Below, piece after piece: positions 38,201 to 50,100 of a DNA stretch of 64,000 nucleotides. The notes beneath the pieces are model-generated. The model ran no database searches. It was not told where the DNA came from and saw only the letters and a list, made by a program, of their open reading frames with translations. Position 1 is the first letter of the stretch, and the number at the start of each line of letters is the position of its first letter. The stretch spans positions 2,170,001 through 2,234,000 of the forward strand of contig JAYWIR010000034.1 in the NCBI GenBank assembly GCA_036172245.1, in the 5' to 3' direction. This stretch comes from Raillietiella orientalis (taxonomy: Eukaryota). The position numbers were made by a program, and so were the translations under genes.

Positions 38201-38450
38201 GAGCGAGAGGCTGAAGGAAAGAGGTCCGTTCGAAGCGCGTCAGAACCAACGCACGCGCGGGTCTTTTGCCTGGGGCAGGGGAGAGGGCAATTCCAATTCG
38301 AACGCACGACCGGGCTGTCTCACCCAGTGCGGACATGCCACCGGTCTCCTGCCTTGCCGTCGAGGGCGGTCCCTGACCTCCCGGGAGATCTCTCCCGGCC
38401 TTTCTGTCCCCTTGAATGTTTCCCTCCCAAACCACTTCACGCGAAGAACA
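35280..38450 (+). mobile_element. Decayed CR1/L2-like LINE ORF2 (endonuclease, RT, C-terminus), in intron 7
   Basis: In order: VIVARSVHQRFP (VYRPP), IISGNG (GDFN), DPQRFFSSLK (NPKKFW), NGPVGIP (GPDGIP), DLSRFDATV (DLSKAFD-x-V), LRRYLVREQV (SYL-x-x-R-x-Q), LFLDED (LFADD), FPNRPTLTVL. Confidence 0.65.
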
Positions 38451-38999
38451 GGATGATGATCATTGTAACGAGATTCATCCATTCCTCCTCATCCCCTCCC
38501 TTCCCCCCTCCCCCCTCCCAAGTCAAACGGATCCCGGAATCGCTTTTTTCCCGATGGATACTTTCGTCGCTCTTAAACGCCCGAGGCCTTCTCGGAAGAT
38601 GCGTTTTAAATGAGCGAGGGAGAAAGTTGCTTATTCATCCACCGAAGACATATCGGCGCACGTCGGCCGTAAATCCAACAAACTGCCGACGTGAAGGCAC
38701 TCCCGTAATTTGCAAACGGGACGAGGGGGAGAAGAAGGAAAAAAAGAAAAAAGAGGAGAGAGGGAGGAGAACAAAATGGGTCGGAATGGCACATCCACAC
38801 TGCCCATGGCAGTTTGCCGCATCCGCGCTCCACCAATCAGGATGACAAATTTGGAAGGAGAAAAGAAGAAGAAAAAAGGGATGATGGAAGTAGAAAAGAT
38901 AAATCGGGGAGATGCTCTCTCCGGAGCCGGGAGGAATGGGGTGCTCCGTTTCCGCCCTCTCTGAGAAGAGGGTTGGTTGTTTCCCCCGGTTACGTAGCT

Positions 39000-41800
39000 C
39001 TCGAGACGAGGTCCTTGAATCTGCCACAGCGAGTTCCTCACCCGTGGCTGCAACGAGGGCGCTGCTAGCAAGCGTGGGATGCGAGACTCCCGGGAAGGGG
39101 AGAAGAAAAACGTGCGGTTACTCCCGGCGCGATCAGCGCGCGGCTTGGAAACGCGAGGGAGGGCGCGTCGGGATGGTGCGTGCCACGTAACGAAGGAGCT
39201 TCTCCTCCTGGATCTTCTTCTGGAGTCCGCTCTTGACTTCCAGCCACACCCGACCTGGTCCTTCATGGTTGAGCGCTGATTCTTCTTCTGGACTTTCGCT
39301 TTCCTTTGCATCCGCCCTCATTTTGCTTCAAGGGGTATCCCTTGAGACCCTGCCGTCTCCCTGGAAACTGCTACTTTTTTTTCCCCGACCGCACGGATCC
39401 GATGCATTTGCCGGCTTGGAGGAGAAGCTCCTTCGTTACGCGGCATGCAGAATCCCGGCGCGCCCTCCCTCGCGTTTCCAAGCCGCGCGCTGATCGCGCC
39501 GGGAGTAACCGCACGTTTTTCTTCTCCCCTTCCCGGGAGTCTCGCATCCCACGCTTGCTAGCAGCGCCCTGGTTGCAGCCACGGGTCCACGCTCCCGTGG
39601 CTGCAACGCGTCCGTCATTGCCGGCGGGTTCCTTCCCGAGAGAATGAGGGGGGCTACGAGAGCGCAGCGGATGCCAAGTTCCCTGTGGACCTGGATCTGT
39701 CCCTCGACTTTTTTTTTTTTCACCTGAGCTGCTCCGGCTGCATATTCCCCAGGACGTCGCCGTCGGCTGGCGTGACCTGGAAGGGATCGAGGAGGACGCC
39801 GCGTCGCGAACTCCTCCTAGCGGGAAGGAGTGCGGAAACCGCTGATCTCTCCCGGGGGGAAAGGGGGAGGGGAAGAAAGAGGGATGGGAGGCACGTGGAT
39901 TCCAGCGTCCGCGCCCTCTCTCTCTCGCATTCCCTTCCTTCCCACGCCGAAACATCGAGCCGGGATTTCCGCCGGTTCAGCGACACCCTCTTCGCCACCT
40001 CCATTCCGCCTGTTGCTCTCTCGATGACCCGCCTCTCGCGGATGACTTCTGCACCCTCCTGAGTCATGGGAAGCTCAAAGGGGAAGCGCGGGGCGCCTGC
40101 CTTGTCGCTGCTGCTCCCCCTACTCCCGCGCGTCCCTGGCGGCGGCTACCTGCGGTCCACTGCCGCGCTCAATCTTCGAAATGTGTTCCCTCCATTACCG
40201 GTCCACCTTCTTCCGCGCCCTCCTCTTGAGGGAGGGTGCGCGCTGCCGCCCTCCGGAGGAGGGTGTAGCTGCATTCTGGTACACCGGCGGCCTCTCTCCC
40301 CGTCCAGGTAGCGTTATGGCACTCATCAAAGTTTCATGAACCCGTGATGGAGGCGAACACGTCATCGCCGCTCGGCTCTCGATCGCTGCCTTTTGATCTC
40401 CGTTATTGCCGTTTCCGGGATGCGCTTCCCCATCAGTCATGCAACCGGAGGTGGATGCGGGGATGTGGTCGCCCGGCGCCTGGGAAGCCCCTCGTCCCGA
40501 CTCCTTAGCGTCTTTTCGGCGTCTTCCAAGCGCAGTAAAGACGCACGCAGCCTCGATCTATCCGCAGACGCGGAAACCGCAGGGATGACGAGAGGAGTCC
40601 CGCGTATGCGAGCGCTCCCGTATACCGCTCCCGATCCACTCCGCTCGCTCTTCAGGGCCGGGAGCTTCAGGGCTCGCTCTTCAGGCCCCTCACTCTGTGG
40701 CTGACCGCTTCCTGGGTTGGCCCACTCGCCACTGTTTCATGCGGTCCGGAGGGTGCGTGTAGTCACTCTTCATGCTGGGGTTCAATCCCCAGCTCAAAGG
40801 GAACACCCCGTGAACGCGGAGGAAAGAATCCGCTCCTCGAAAACTTGGGAAGGGAACCCTCCTCCTAGTTGTCTCCGAAGGAACCTCCGAAAGGGGTCTC
40901 TCCTGGTTTCTTCCTCTGCGGGGAACCCTGAAGGGACGCTTCCTGGTTTTCTCTGATGGGCCACCGTCCGAAGGGAGCAGCGCACTTCGCATTCTGGAGA
41001 GGTGCCTTCAATCCTCCAGCTCCATGATACGAGATGAAGGGACCCTCCCCTTAACAGAGGGGGCGATTCCATTTGCACAACCGGAGAGCAATCATGAAGG
41101 CTCCTCGATTGCTGGAAAGACTCAGGTGCGTCGAATCTGGATGCCCCCTGGTCACTTAATGGAGGGCATCCGGATTCCTGGAGTGCCACCGCACTCGGAG
41201 CCCGTGGGCCAACCAGTGTCATCTTGCGGGGGAGGGGAACTCGAACCCTCGACGTACCCTTCACTCTCAACATCGACCCTTCCCCGGGCGGGATTCGAAC
41301 CCGCAACGTTTGGCGGTGCCTCAAAGAGACTGCAGCTGCCTGGACGCCAACGCGGACCCTCCGAGGAGGATCGCAGCCTGCATCCGGAACAGGACCTCTC
41401 TCCCCCTCCCCTCTCCCCTTCAGTTCCTGGAAGATCTAAAGGGGCCCCAGAGCTCCCTGTCGATGGACCGCTTTCGAATCCGCCTTTCGCGCCTTCCGGG
41501 TCGTTGTGGAGACCGCTGGACCCTGGGCGCACCTTGAACCACGAGCTGCTGCTGCTGCGCCGGAGGAGGTCCGACGGCTGTCCATGTGGCGTCCAGGAAA
41601 GGAATGGTTCGGCGACGGTTGGGGGATCCCGATGTTTTGTACGACATTCCTCTTGTCGCTTCAAAGATTCCGAGAACGGGCGCGAGGCGTTTCGGAAGTG
41701 CCTTCCTTTGCTGGCTTCAGTGGCTTCATGGAAGCCTCCAAGAGCCCCGGAAGACTCGGAGCAAACCTCCTAGGCGGAAGCCGGTGACCCGCGCCCCCCT
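39000..41800 (-). mobile_element. Decayed Tx1/L1-like endonuclease and linker region, in intron 7
   Basis: AAVSLRH...RVRIPPGEGSMLRVKG...TLVGPRAP resembles GVAIL...GR-x-L-x-V...LV-x-VYAP. Shares DNA homology with 3590-3670. Confidence 0.45.
39040..39586. repeat. Near-perfect inverted repeat, arms 39040-39208 and 39418-39586
   Basis: 169-bp arms with 6 mismatches and no indels by hand count. Spacer 209 bp. Confidence 0.97.
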
Positions 41801-42585
41801 CCACCTCCTTTGCGATTTTCCCTCCCGCTGTGTGGGAATCGGAGGAAATTCCTTATCGGAAGAGATCAGGGGAAAATTCGCGTTCCCGTCGGTTTACGGG
41901 AAGCCGTTGCGAGCATTTTCTTCGGCAGGATAACAGGAATCCCCCGGTGATTCATGTCGCTCTCGGCGAATTGGTCTGTGGGAATCCTGGGCGGTTTTTC
42001 TGTGAGCGAGCAAGGGAGAAACGGAGCTGGAGGCTGGATGGGAGCGCTTGAGCAACAGGGAGTGCTCCGAACGCACGGATCGACAGCATCGTAGGACGTC
42101 CGGGAAGGAGAAACCCGTGCATCTCGGGCGGGGCTCCCAAAGACCTCGTTCCCACGACCGGTTGCGGGATGAAGCAGCGGGCGGCGCAAGGCCAGCTGCT
42201 GCGCCTGCCTGGACGTTCCCTCGCCGGACCGCGGACGCGCACTCTTCTGCACAGACAGACCGTCGCGACCGCTGGCGACCGCTTACCAGCAGCGGCCGCC
42301 GCGAAGGAAGCCGGAGGGACCTTTGCGCCGCTGCTCCGCGCGGACGCGCACGCATCCCGGAGTTATTTTTAGAACACGGAGTCCTTCCACGTGATGTTAC
42401 ATCCAAGCATTAGGAAGTAACACTTTTCGATGCATGTACACACATACATATCTCGTTCTCTTCCGAAAAGTCATATCTCTGAATCCTCCAATGTTCCTTT
42501 ACTAGAGAGGTCCACTAGGGAGGTTCTGCGTTCCAGAAACATAAATGTAAAGATATCACCATGGAGATACGAAGATATGAGTTTT

Positions 42586-42721
42586 CTATACGTTGATATA
42601 TATATAGATGGATGGATATACATGCATATATACATATAATAGATACAGATGTATGAATATTAATAATAGATACGAATGGATGTATATATGTATATTAGAT
42701 ATAGATGGATATATACATACA

Positions 42722-42767
<46 letters not shown>

Positions 42768-42790
42768 ATAGATACAAATGGATGTATACT
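42586..42790. repeat. (TA)n microsatellite with degenerate TA-rich flanks
   Basis: Pure TA run at ~42728-42764 within a ~200-bp AT-rich patch in intron 7. Confidence 0.95.
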
Positions 42791-43115
42791 TGTGCACATG
42801 CGTCGAAAAGTGATGTTTGTGTATATCTCAGCGCACAGGAATGTCCTGTACTCCCATCTCCACCTGTGTGCTTGTGCTCACGAGTGTCCGTCTCCTGTGG
42901 ATCAAAAAGTCGCATCCTCCCTGCCCGTGGATTCCTACAGGAAGTTTTGGGGCCGAGTGGGACCCAGCCGAAGGAACCCAGTCTCCACGAAAAGGGGGGA
43001 ACCGGCGCGATCCCACAGCGGACCGATTTTGCCCGAGTGACCCTTGCGTGGTTGCTGTCGACCGGTCTTTTCCCGACCGCCGGCCGCGCATGCGCCCCTT
43101 CGGGCCATCTCCTAC

Positions 43116-43287
43116 CTGTCAGCTCGATGCGCTTCTCGGTGCGTCCCAGGGTGTTGTTCGCAAGGCACGAGTAGATGCCGAAGTCCTCCCTCCTCACGTT
43201 GGTGATCTTCAGCGTGTGCTTGGGGCCCTCCACCTTGATGATCGAGTGAGGGTGCACCAGCGGCTTGTCTTGGAACCACCAGGACAC
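43116..43287 (-). CDS. Coding exon 7, C-half of Ig domain 3
   Basis: Acceptor CTTCATTCCAG|, donor G|GTAGG, 172 nt, phase 0-1. VSWWFQDK...HTLKITNVRREDFGIYSCLANNTLGRTEKRIELT contains the DFGxYxCxAxNxLG motif. Confidence 0.95.
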
Positions 43288-43899
43288 CTGGAATGAAGTG
43301 CCCCATCAGGGGGCGAGTGGGCGCGCGAAAGGTCTTTGGTCTGCCTGCGCGTGGGCAGCACTGCGGCTGCGGCGGCATAAAAGAGCGGGGCGCTAGGGTC
43401 ATTCAAGAAAGAGACGGCAGCAGCCTTCATATCCCCCTCCCCTCCTCTTCCCTTTTCCTCCTACCATCGGATAAAGAGGAGATCGTCGGCATCCCAGGTG
43501 CCCTGCAGCTGGGAAGGAACTCCTCCCAGCAATGGCAGTTCACCGCCAAGGGCGGCCTCCGTAACGGAAGTTACTTCGATCCTTCCCTTCCTGCAATGCC
43601 TGCCTCTTCACTCCGTGTCCTAAGGGAACGCGCATGTTCCATGCTCAGCCAGGGGTCAGGTGCGTGGCCCACGAGAGCTCCGCCTGCTGCTGCTGACCCA
43701 ACTGCGGGCGCCTGCAGCCAGGGACAGCTACTGCCCGCGAGACAGGATCCAGGCAACCGTTCATCTCCCGGACGGACTTCGGTAACCTCGTGATCCTTCC
43801 TTTCTCCCCCATGGGCGTGGTCGGGGAACCGCACCGCGGCACTTTGAGGTCGCTCCACCCTCCGGAGAGGATGGGAGCCTGCCGGGATGCACGCGGATT

Positions 43900-44500
43900 T
43901 GAGCACCGAACTGTTCCTTCCCATCGCGAGGAGGCGAGAGTTCCGTGTAAGTCCCAAGGACGAGGTTCCCGGGGAGGAGGACCTGAGGGATTCATCCAAG
44001 ACGTCTGGCGTGTGGATGGAGGTGCAGAGGAAAGCAGTTTCCCTCCCTCTCTGATCCCACTTCACTCATTTTCCCTCCCAGGGTTTCCTTGCTTCCAAGG
44101 AGTGGTCTCCGACATCTCCAGGGTCATTCGCCTTCAAGGTGAAGCTCGCGCAACGAATCCCCCAGCTGGAACGTTCCAAGGGACGGAGCAAATGTGTCGA
44201 GACTCCTCGATTCTCTGATTGGTTTTCGTTTAGGAATGTGGGGATGGCGAGGTGCTCTGCGGCAAGGAAACAGATCCAAGGACTCAGGGGAACGGAGCGT
44301 TGCGAAGGCGCCTCTCCCTTTCTATCTGGCAGTGTTCGGAAGGTCGTGGAGAATTCCTCCCTGGAAAAGTCTCGTGGGGATCGCGGCGAAGGTCAGGGTC
44401 AACCGGAAGGGAACGGGAAAACCCACATTCCTCCCCTCCCATTCTTCGATTTTTCCTTTTTTGAGCTCCTTTGCAATGATTTCGTAGAAAAAAGGGGAAA
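43900..44500 (+). mobile_element. Decayed Tx1/L1-like RT N-terminal fragment, in intron 6
   Basis: KSQGRGSRGGGPEGFIQDVWRVDG resembles K-x-PG-x-DG-x-P-x-EFY-x-x-FW-x-x-x-G. Confidence 0.4.
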
Positions 44501-44972
44501 GGTGGTCTCCAGAGACCTACTTCCAGATGTGGAGGGGAGGAGAGGAGATAGAAGGAGGGCGAGTCCGTGAGGGCTCTAGCCCCCGGGAGCTGATGCGAAG
44601 GAGAGCAGACACCTCGAGTCAGAAAACGCCTTCACTCGGGAAAGGGCAGTTTCTGGAAGAGCCGGTCCTGGAATCGCTGCCCGTCTTCCCCAGGAGAGGC
44701 AGCAGGAAGAGGGTCTCAAACGCTGCTCAGAGAAAGAAGAGCCGTCAGGACAGACGGAGGACAAGAGCTAGGGGCTGTTGTCCTCCTTCATTCCTTCTTC
44801 ATTTCCAGACTCGATTTGCTTCACCTCCTTTCCAACTCCACTTCGTCACCCAACAGTCTGGGACGCGCCAAGTCCTTCAGCATCCCAGGGATGCTCCACT
44901 TTCCGTCCCACCCCCAGCTCTCTCCCTGACCCCCAACAGGCCTTCCGCAGAGCTGCTGCTCGCCGGCAGTAC

Positions 44973-45070
44973 CGTGGGCTTCGGCTCGGAGTGCACCGTG
45001 CACGTGATGGAGACGGTGATCCCTTGGGATGCGTGAACCCTGTCATCCTGAGTTTCTATCACGGGACCAT
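44973..45070 (-). CDS. Coding exon 6, N-half of Ig domain 3
   Basis: Acceptor TTTTTCTCTTTGCAG|, donor |GTACTG, 98 nt, phase 1-0. YGPVIETQDDRVHASQGITVSITCTVHSEPKPT. Confidence 0.9.
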
Positions 45071-46038
45071 CTGCAAAGAGAAAAACGACAGTAGACTCTG
45101 TGAGACCAAGCTTGAAGCACGTGCTAGGGAAGAGAAAGGGAAGAGGAAGAGGAGAAAAGGCGGATTAGGGAAAAGGAACCTCGATGGACGAGGAAGACGT
45201 CTCTAAGGGCAGAGAGGATAATAGAAAAGGCCCGCCTATCGCCTCATAGAGTCTCTAAGTGGAAAAGATGTGTCTGAGAATGGGGGGGAGACACGTTTGA
45301 GAATAGGGGAATTCCAATTTGGGCCAAGGGCTCGAGAAGATGGAATAAAGACGTCTGAGGTAAGCTCGGAAACGAACAAGGTATTTCCAAGCAGAGGCCA
45401 GAGAGTTGCTTCGGGTGCAGGGAGGGTGTTCGGAGGGGAGAGTCTGTGAGTCAAGGGGGGGAGGGTTGCTTTAGAGAGCCGGGGACGGAATCGGATGGGG
45501 CGGAGGACGACGGGCATCTGGCGCTCTCAATAGATCGAGGCAGAGGGAGGAGAGGAGCTGCTCCTCGAAATCCACGACCTCGAGGAAGATTTTTCTTTTT
45601 GGGACGTTGCGAGTCCATCATGGCCCGGTGGAGGTTTCCAAGAGCAGCTGGGAGGCAGAAGACGGCGCTGAAGAAGACGAGAGAGCAGTCGGATGCTTCC
45701 AGATGCTGAGCCTGGTGAGTTCCCAGGACCTTTGGGAACATCCAGACATCCGGAAAGGAGCGTCCGGGAGGCGATTTTGGAAGAACAGATTTCCCAGTGA
45801 TTCCCGGCCAGCTCTGGCACGAGTCCGATAAGTGAAGAAATCCTGGGATCTCACCCCCCTTCCCGGTTTCTGGACTGATTTGCGAGGTCACTGAAACTAA
45901 GGGAGAAAAGTAGGGGATGAAATAGGCGTGTTTTCCTTCGTCTTTAGAGAGGCAGGAGCAGAGAAGGAAGGAGAAATCCACGTTCCCCAGCCCGAGCCGA
46001 CCGTATTCAGGTGCGGCAGTAGCCCTTCCTCAACTTAC

Positions 46039-46184
46039 ACAGGATGCGCAAGTCAAACTCCACCACGGCTGGAGATCCGATCCCGTTCACGCCCTCGCAG
46101 GAGTAGGTCGCCGAATCGTAGGGCTGGACGTTCCTAAGCACGAGTGATTCCCCTTCCTTGAGGAACTTGACCTTGGATTCCCTC
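46039..46184 (-). CDS. Coding exon 5, C-half of Ig domain 2
   Basis: The phase-2 junction needs the TAG acceptor at 46185-46186 (the AAG 5 nt upstream would frameshift). Donor |GTAAGT, 146 nt. RESKVKFLKEGESLVLRNVQPYDSATYSCEGVNGIGSPAVVEFDLRIL. Not present in the ORF track. Confidence 0.9.
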
Positions 46185-46311
46185 CTATCCTTGAAAGAAG
46201 GGGTGGCAGGATGAAGGAATGGATGTTCAGTGGGTTCCTCCCTTCTGCCTTTGTCCCACCCCTATCCCATCATGTCCGGAGCCAGCTGCTTCCGGGCAGC
46301 CCCGGACCCAC

Positions 46312-46432
46312 CTTTTCTTCCAGAAGACCTTCGGCACAGGGTTGCCCTTAGCATAGCACTCCAGCTCCACCGTCTCCCCAGCTCTGGCCGACACCGCCCC
46401 TCCGGAAGGCCGCGACCGGACGACGGGAGCGA
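46312..46432 (-). CDS. Coding exon 4, N-half of Ig domain 2
   Basis: Acceptor CTCCTTGCAG|, donor AG|GTGGGT, 121 nt, phase 1-2. FAPVVRSRPSGGAVSARAGETVELECYAKGNPVPKVFWKK contains the C-x-A-x-G-x-P-x-P-x-x-x-W motif. Confidence 0.93.
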
Positions 46433-46758
46433 CTGCAAGGAGACTGAAGAGTGGGGAGACGTGGGTAAGCGGCCATAGGACTCGGCGGTGGGGAAGACAG
46501 GGGGAGGAAGATTCACCGATGGTGGTCCTCTGGCAGAAGGGAAGCTTCAGAAAGAAGGGAGACTCTGCCCTCAGGGAACTACTGATCCCCATCCTTCGTA
46601 AGGAGCACTCCCTCCTTCCCTTCGAGTTGCGTCGGAGGGCTTGCAGCGACTTCTGTCCCCGGGTTTTCTTCCCTTCCTTCAGAGGTCCCCATGGGCTGGA
46701 CAGAAGGGCGAGAGGCTTGGAGGGAAGGGATGGCAGCGCGCCTCCCGTAGAAGCTCAC

Positions 46759-46962
46759 AGAGGACGTCCACGGAGTGCACCAGGTCCACCAGGGGCTCCG
46801 TGGATAAGAGGCAAGTGTAGTGACCCGCGTCCTCGGCTCCGACTCCCTGGATGCGGAGGCTGCGGTCCGGCAGCATCTCGACGTGCTTCTTCCGCGTCAC
46901 CTTGATTGGTCCCGCCTGCAAAACGGTGGACTTGTCCCTGGTCCAGATCGCGCTGACGGACT
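46759..46962 (-). CDS. Coding exon 3, C-half of Ig domain 1
   Basis: Acceptor CTTCTCCTTCAG|, donor |GTGAG, 204 nt, phase 1-1. ESVSAIWTRDK...SLRIQGVGAEDAGHYTCLLSTEPLVDLVHSVDVL contains the Ig Trp and DxGxYxC motif. Confidence 0.94.
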
Positions 46963-47090
46963 CTGAAGGAGAAGTGGGAGGGGTGGCACGAAGACCCCGT
47001 AGCAGTAGCCCATCGCCCTTTCCTCCTCCTCTCCCGCGCGCACGTGCGCAAAGGAGCGTTCAGGAAAGGAGAGGGTAGTCAGCGACTTAC

Positions 47091-47198
47091 CTGACCCTTC
47101 GCCTTCGACCTCGCACGGAAGGATCACCGATTCACCCTCGGCGACCTGGACGTGGTGCGACCGGGAGAGAATCCTTAGCGTGCCGTTCCTGGCGTCCC
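47091..47198 (-). CDS. Coding exon 2, N-half of Ig domain 1
   Basis: Acceptor TTGTTCTTCCCAG|, donor |GTAAGT, 108 nt, phase 1-1. GDARNGTLRILSRSHHVQVAEGESVILPCEVEGEGS contains the G-x-x-V-x-L-x-C Ig strand. Confidence 0.92.
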
Positions 47199-50100
47199 CT
47201 GGGAAGAACAACAACGAGAGGAAGAGCGTTGGTCTTCACGGAAAGAAACCGCGTCCTTCTCACGGTGGGCATTCTCAGATCGGGAAAGCCAGACTGGAGA
47301 GGAGGGTAGGCACATGACGGCCCGTCGAGTCTCCTAGAGAGGGATTCATAGGCGGGGCCCTCAGGAGATGCGCAAGAGGAGGGAGAAAGAATGTAGCACT
47401 TCTTCCTCCTCCACTTCCCATCTTCCCTTCCTCCTCCTCCTTCCTTCCTCCTCGCTGAGCTCCTAGAAGGCGAAGAGGGTCGGAGAGCGCGGCCTCCCCT
47501 CGTTCAAGGACGGGAACGCGGTAGGCGTCCTTGGGAAGGGAGAAGCAACGGCGGCACTCGAAGAGAACACCGAAGGGTTCCCTCTCAAGAGGCAGGAAGG
47601 CGTGCGGCGACTTGGGGAGCGCTGCCGAGAGAGGCGACCTGAGGTTCGAGAAGCACGACGGAGGACACCGTCGTCACCTAGCGTGTCCCTGGAGGGAGGG
47701 AGAGTGAAGAGCCTCGAAGGGTCCGTCTTGACCTCAGCTGGCTGATACGGTGCTAGCTCCCTGCAGACACGCCTCCAGATGTTCAGGGAAAACGCGAAAG
47801 GGTGCGGAAAGCGGAGTGGATTCTGGATGCGCCCGGAAGCTGCATCTCACCTTTCATCCCAGTTGGGTTTTGTTCTCTGCGGGGCGAGGGGCGTTGCCTC
47901 TCACTCGAAGCCGCACGGTGGGCGCGCATGTCGAGGACGAGTCGGCTGGCAAATGCCCGCAACGATGCTCCCTGAGAACCTCTCGTAGGTGGAAGCACTC
48001 ATGAAAGATCCACGAATGTAGGCAGCAGCGGTTCTCCATGCCCGACAAAAGGGGGGGGGGGAAGGAAGGACCGGGGACGCGTTTGTCGCTTACGGTTCCG
48101 CTCGCGACCCCGGCATCTCGACGCCCCGGGACTTTCGCATCTGTCAAAGTCCCAGTCTCCAAAGTCCTAGTCTGGAGTTTCCCAGTCCGCCGAAAAGTCA
48201 TCAAAGCCGCCGTCTCCCGGATTTTCCTCCACAAGCTTCCCAGAGAGTCAGTGGGGGGTGGTCCCTGACTGCCACCGTTCCCCGGTGTGTCCCGGGTTCC
48301 GGTGCTGCGAGGCACCCAGTTTCCTTACTTCCCGTTTCTCTGGATTCGGGTTCCGTCTTCGGCAGCCGGAGATCCCTCCTCTCTTCCCGTTAAGGCCGGG
48401 TCCACGTGGACAGGGGTCGCTCCTGTTCCTCCCTTTTTGCTTCTTTGCACTTCCTCCTTGCCTCTCTCGGACCCTCCCGGCTCATCAGAAGGACAACGCT
48501 CCAGATTTACGGCGGTCCCTGAACCTAATTTTCAGCGAGGCACGTAGTAAACGGAAGATGAGTAGTCCATTAAGGATGAAGGGGGAGAAAGAGGAAGGAA
48601 CGCGCCCGGGATCCAGGGAGCGCATCCCGGACGTCGGAGAGGACCGAGAAGCAAAACAGAGGCATTTGGAAAGAGGCTGAAACGGATCGAAAACTTCCGA
48701 ACGTCCTGAATGGGACTGGACCCTTCCTTCCTTGCCCCGAGCTGCTCCCTTGCGCTCGCCGACTGCCTACCGGGACGCGCGGTGAAACCGCCGGGACCTG
48801 GGAGAGAGGGATCTCTCTTTCCTCTGCCGGCAGCCGGCTGCTACCCATTCGATGCGCGGGCCTCCCCCTGCGATGCTTCTGGAGGAACAAGGGTTGGTAT
48901 CCTGTTCCCCCTCTCTCCCACACACCTCAGATGAGGATCAAGCAGCCCTTCCGTTGTCGAAAGCTGTGAGTTGAAGGCAGAAGAGGAAGCGAGAGATGAT
49001 GGTGGGGTGGGAATGAAGAGGAAGAGGAATAGGCAGCGAGAAGGAGGGAGAGAGCTAGTGCGGATCCAAAGAAGGGACAAGGAGAAGCAAGTGGCAGTCT
49101 TTCTGGAGGCTCCTTCCTCGAGTTGCGCGGGCGGAAGGAGACAGAGAAGAGCCTCTTCCCGCTGGCGAACCTCGCAGGGATCTCCAAGGCCCCCAGGGAT
49201 CTCCTTCCTTGCCTCTTTGGTCTCCCTGTTCCCCTTCCCCCTATCCAATGGAGGACGATGTGCGCCTGCGGAGACCTGGTGCGGGAAGGTGTCCGGACTT
49301 CCCTAAGGATATTGCTGTAACCTGGAACGTTCCTGGAGGTCCAGTAAGCGATCCGACGTCGTTCGCCAGAACTAAATGGCCCGTGATCCGGAGCCCTTGG
49401 TTCGTTGCTCCTCCTTCTCCCCCCCCCTTCGAGCCTCCCCCGCCTGCCTTGCGACCTCTTGCGGCCCCGACATGGGAGGTGGGGAAGACTAACGTTCGGT
49501 TGACCAGGTCAGAAAGCCGATCTGCCCCTCACCCCACCCCCGACTCGGTTCCTGCGAAAGTCGCTCGGTTGCAACTCGGACTCCTCCATCCGCGTCCCCT
49601 ACTCCAGGGTGAGCGGGCAGCGGGTTGGCGATGCTCGGTGGAGAGCACGCCGGGCATTTCTTGCGCGGATCTAAGAGCGCAGCTTCCGCCTCTCTGCCGG
49701 TCCGCGTCCTTCCCTTCCTTCCCTTCCACCCTCTTCAGGCTCGAATGTCCCTCATCTCGCACTCCCAGAGGTGGGAGGGGATTCGGGAAGGCTGCCGCCT
49801 CCCTTCTACGGCGGTGAAGCACGCCACCCTTTCTCTTGACCTCTGCCCCCGAGCGCGCACATCACGAGAGCTGCCTCCGATCGCCTGCTTTTGCTCTGCC
49901 CATCGGGCTAACCGCCTCTCCAGATCGGGGGGATCCCCAGGAAGAGAGAAACGGGTCCATGGAGCGGAGCTGCTAGGCGACGGCAGTGATAGTCGCGGGA
50001 AGGGCCGGGAGGTTGCGGGGGCGAGGCGAAGAAGCAGCGCCGGGAAATGGGAGAGAGAGAAGCCGCCTTCGCCGTGGGGCGGGGCGGCAGATTCCGCGTC

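Noticed and set aside
32950..38450. A single full-length LINE containing host exon 8
   Set aside because: Two separate endonuclease-like motif sets (33.9-34.6 kb and 35.3-35.7 kb) and their spacing indicate two insertions.
41255..41360. tRNA or tRNA-SINE-like T-arm GCGGGTTCGAATCCCGC on the minus strand (also at 3590-3670)
   Set aside because: No acceptor, D or anticodon arms could be built. Both copies lie in a LINE endonuclease-like reading (RVRIP).
42586..43115. C-terminal extension of the 233-aa ORF with IY repeats
   Set aside because: Read-through past the exon 7 donor into the intron and TA microsatellite.
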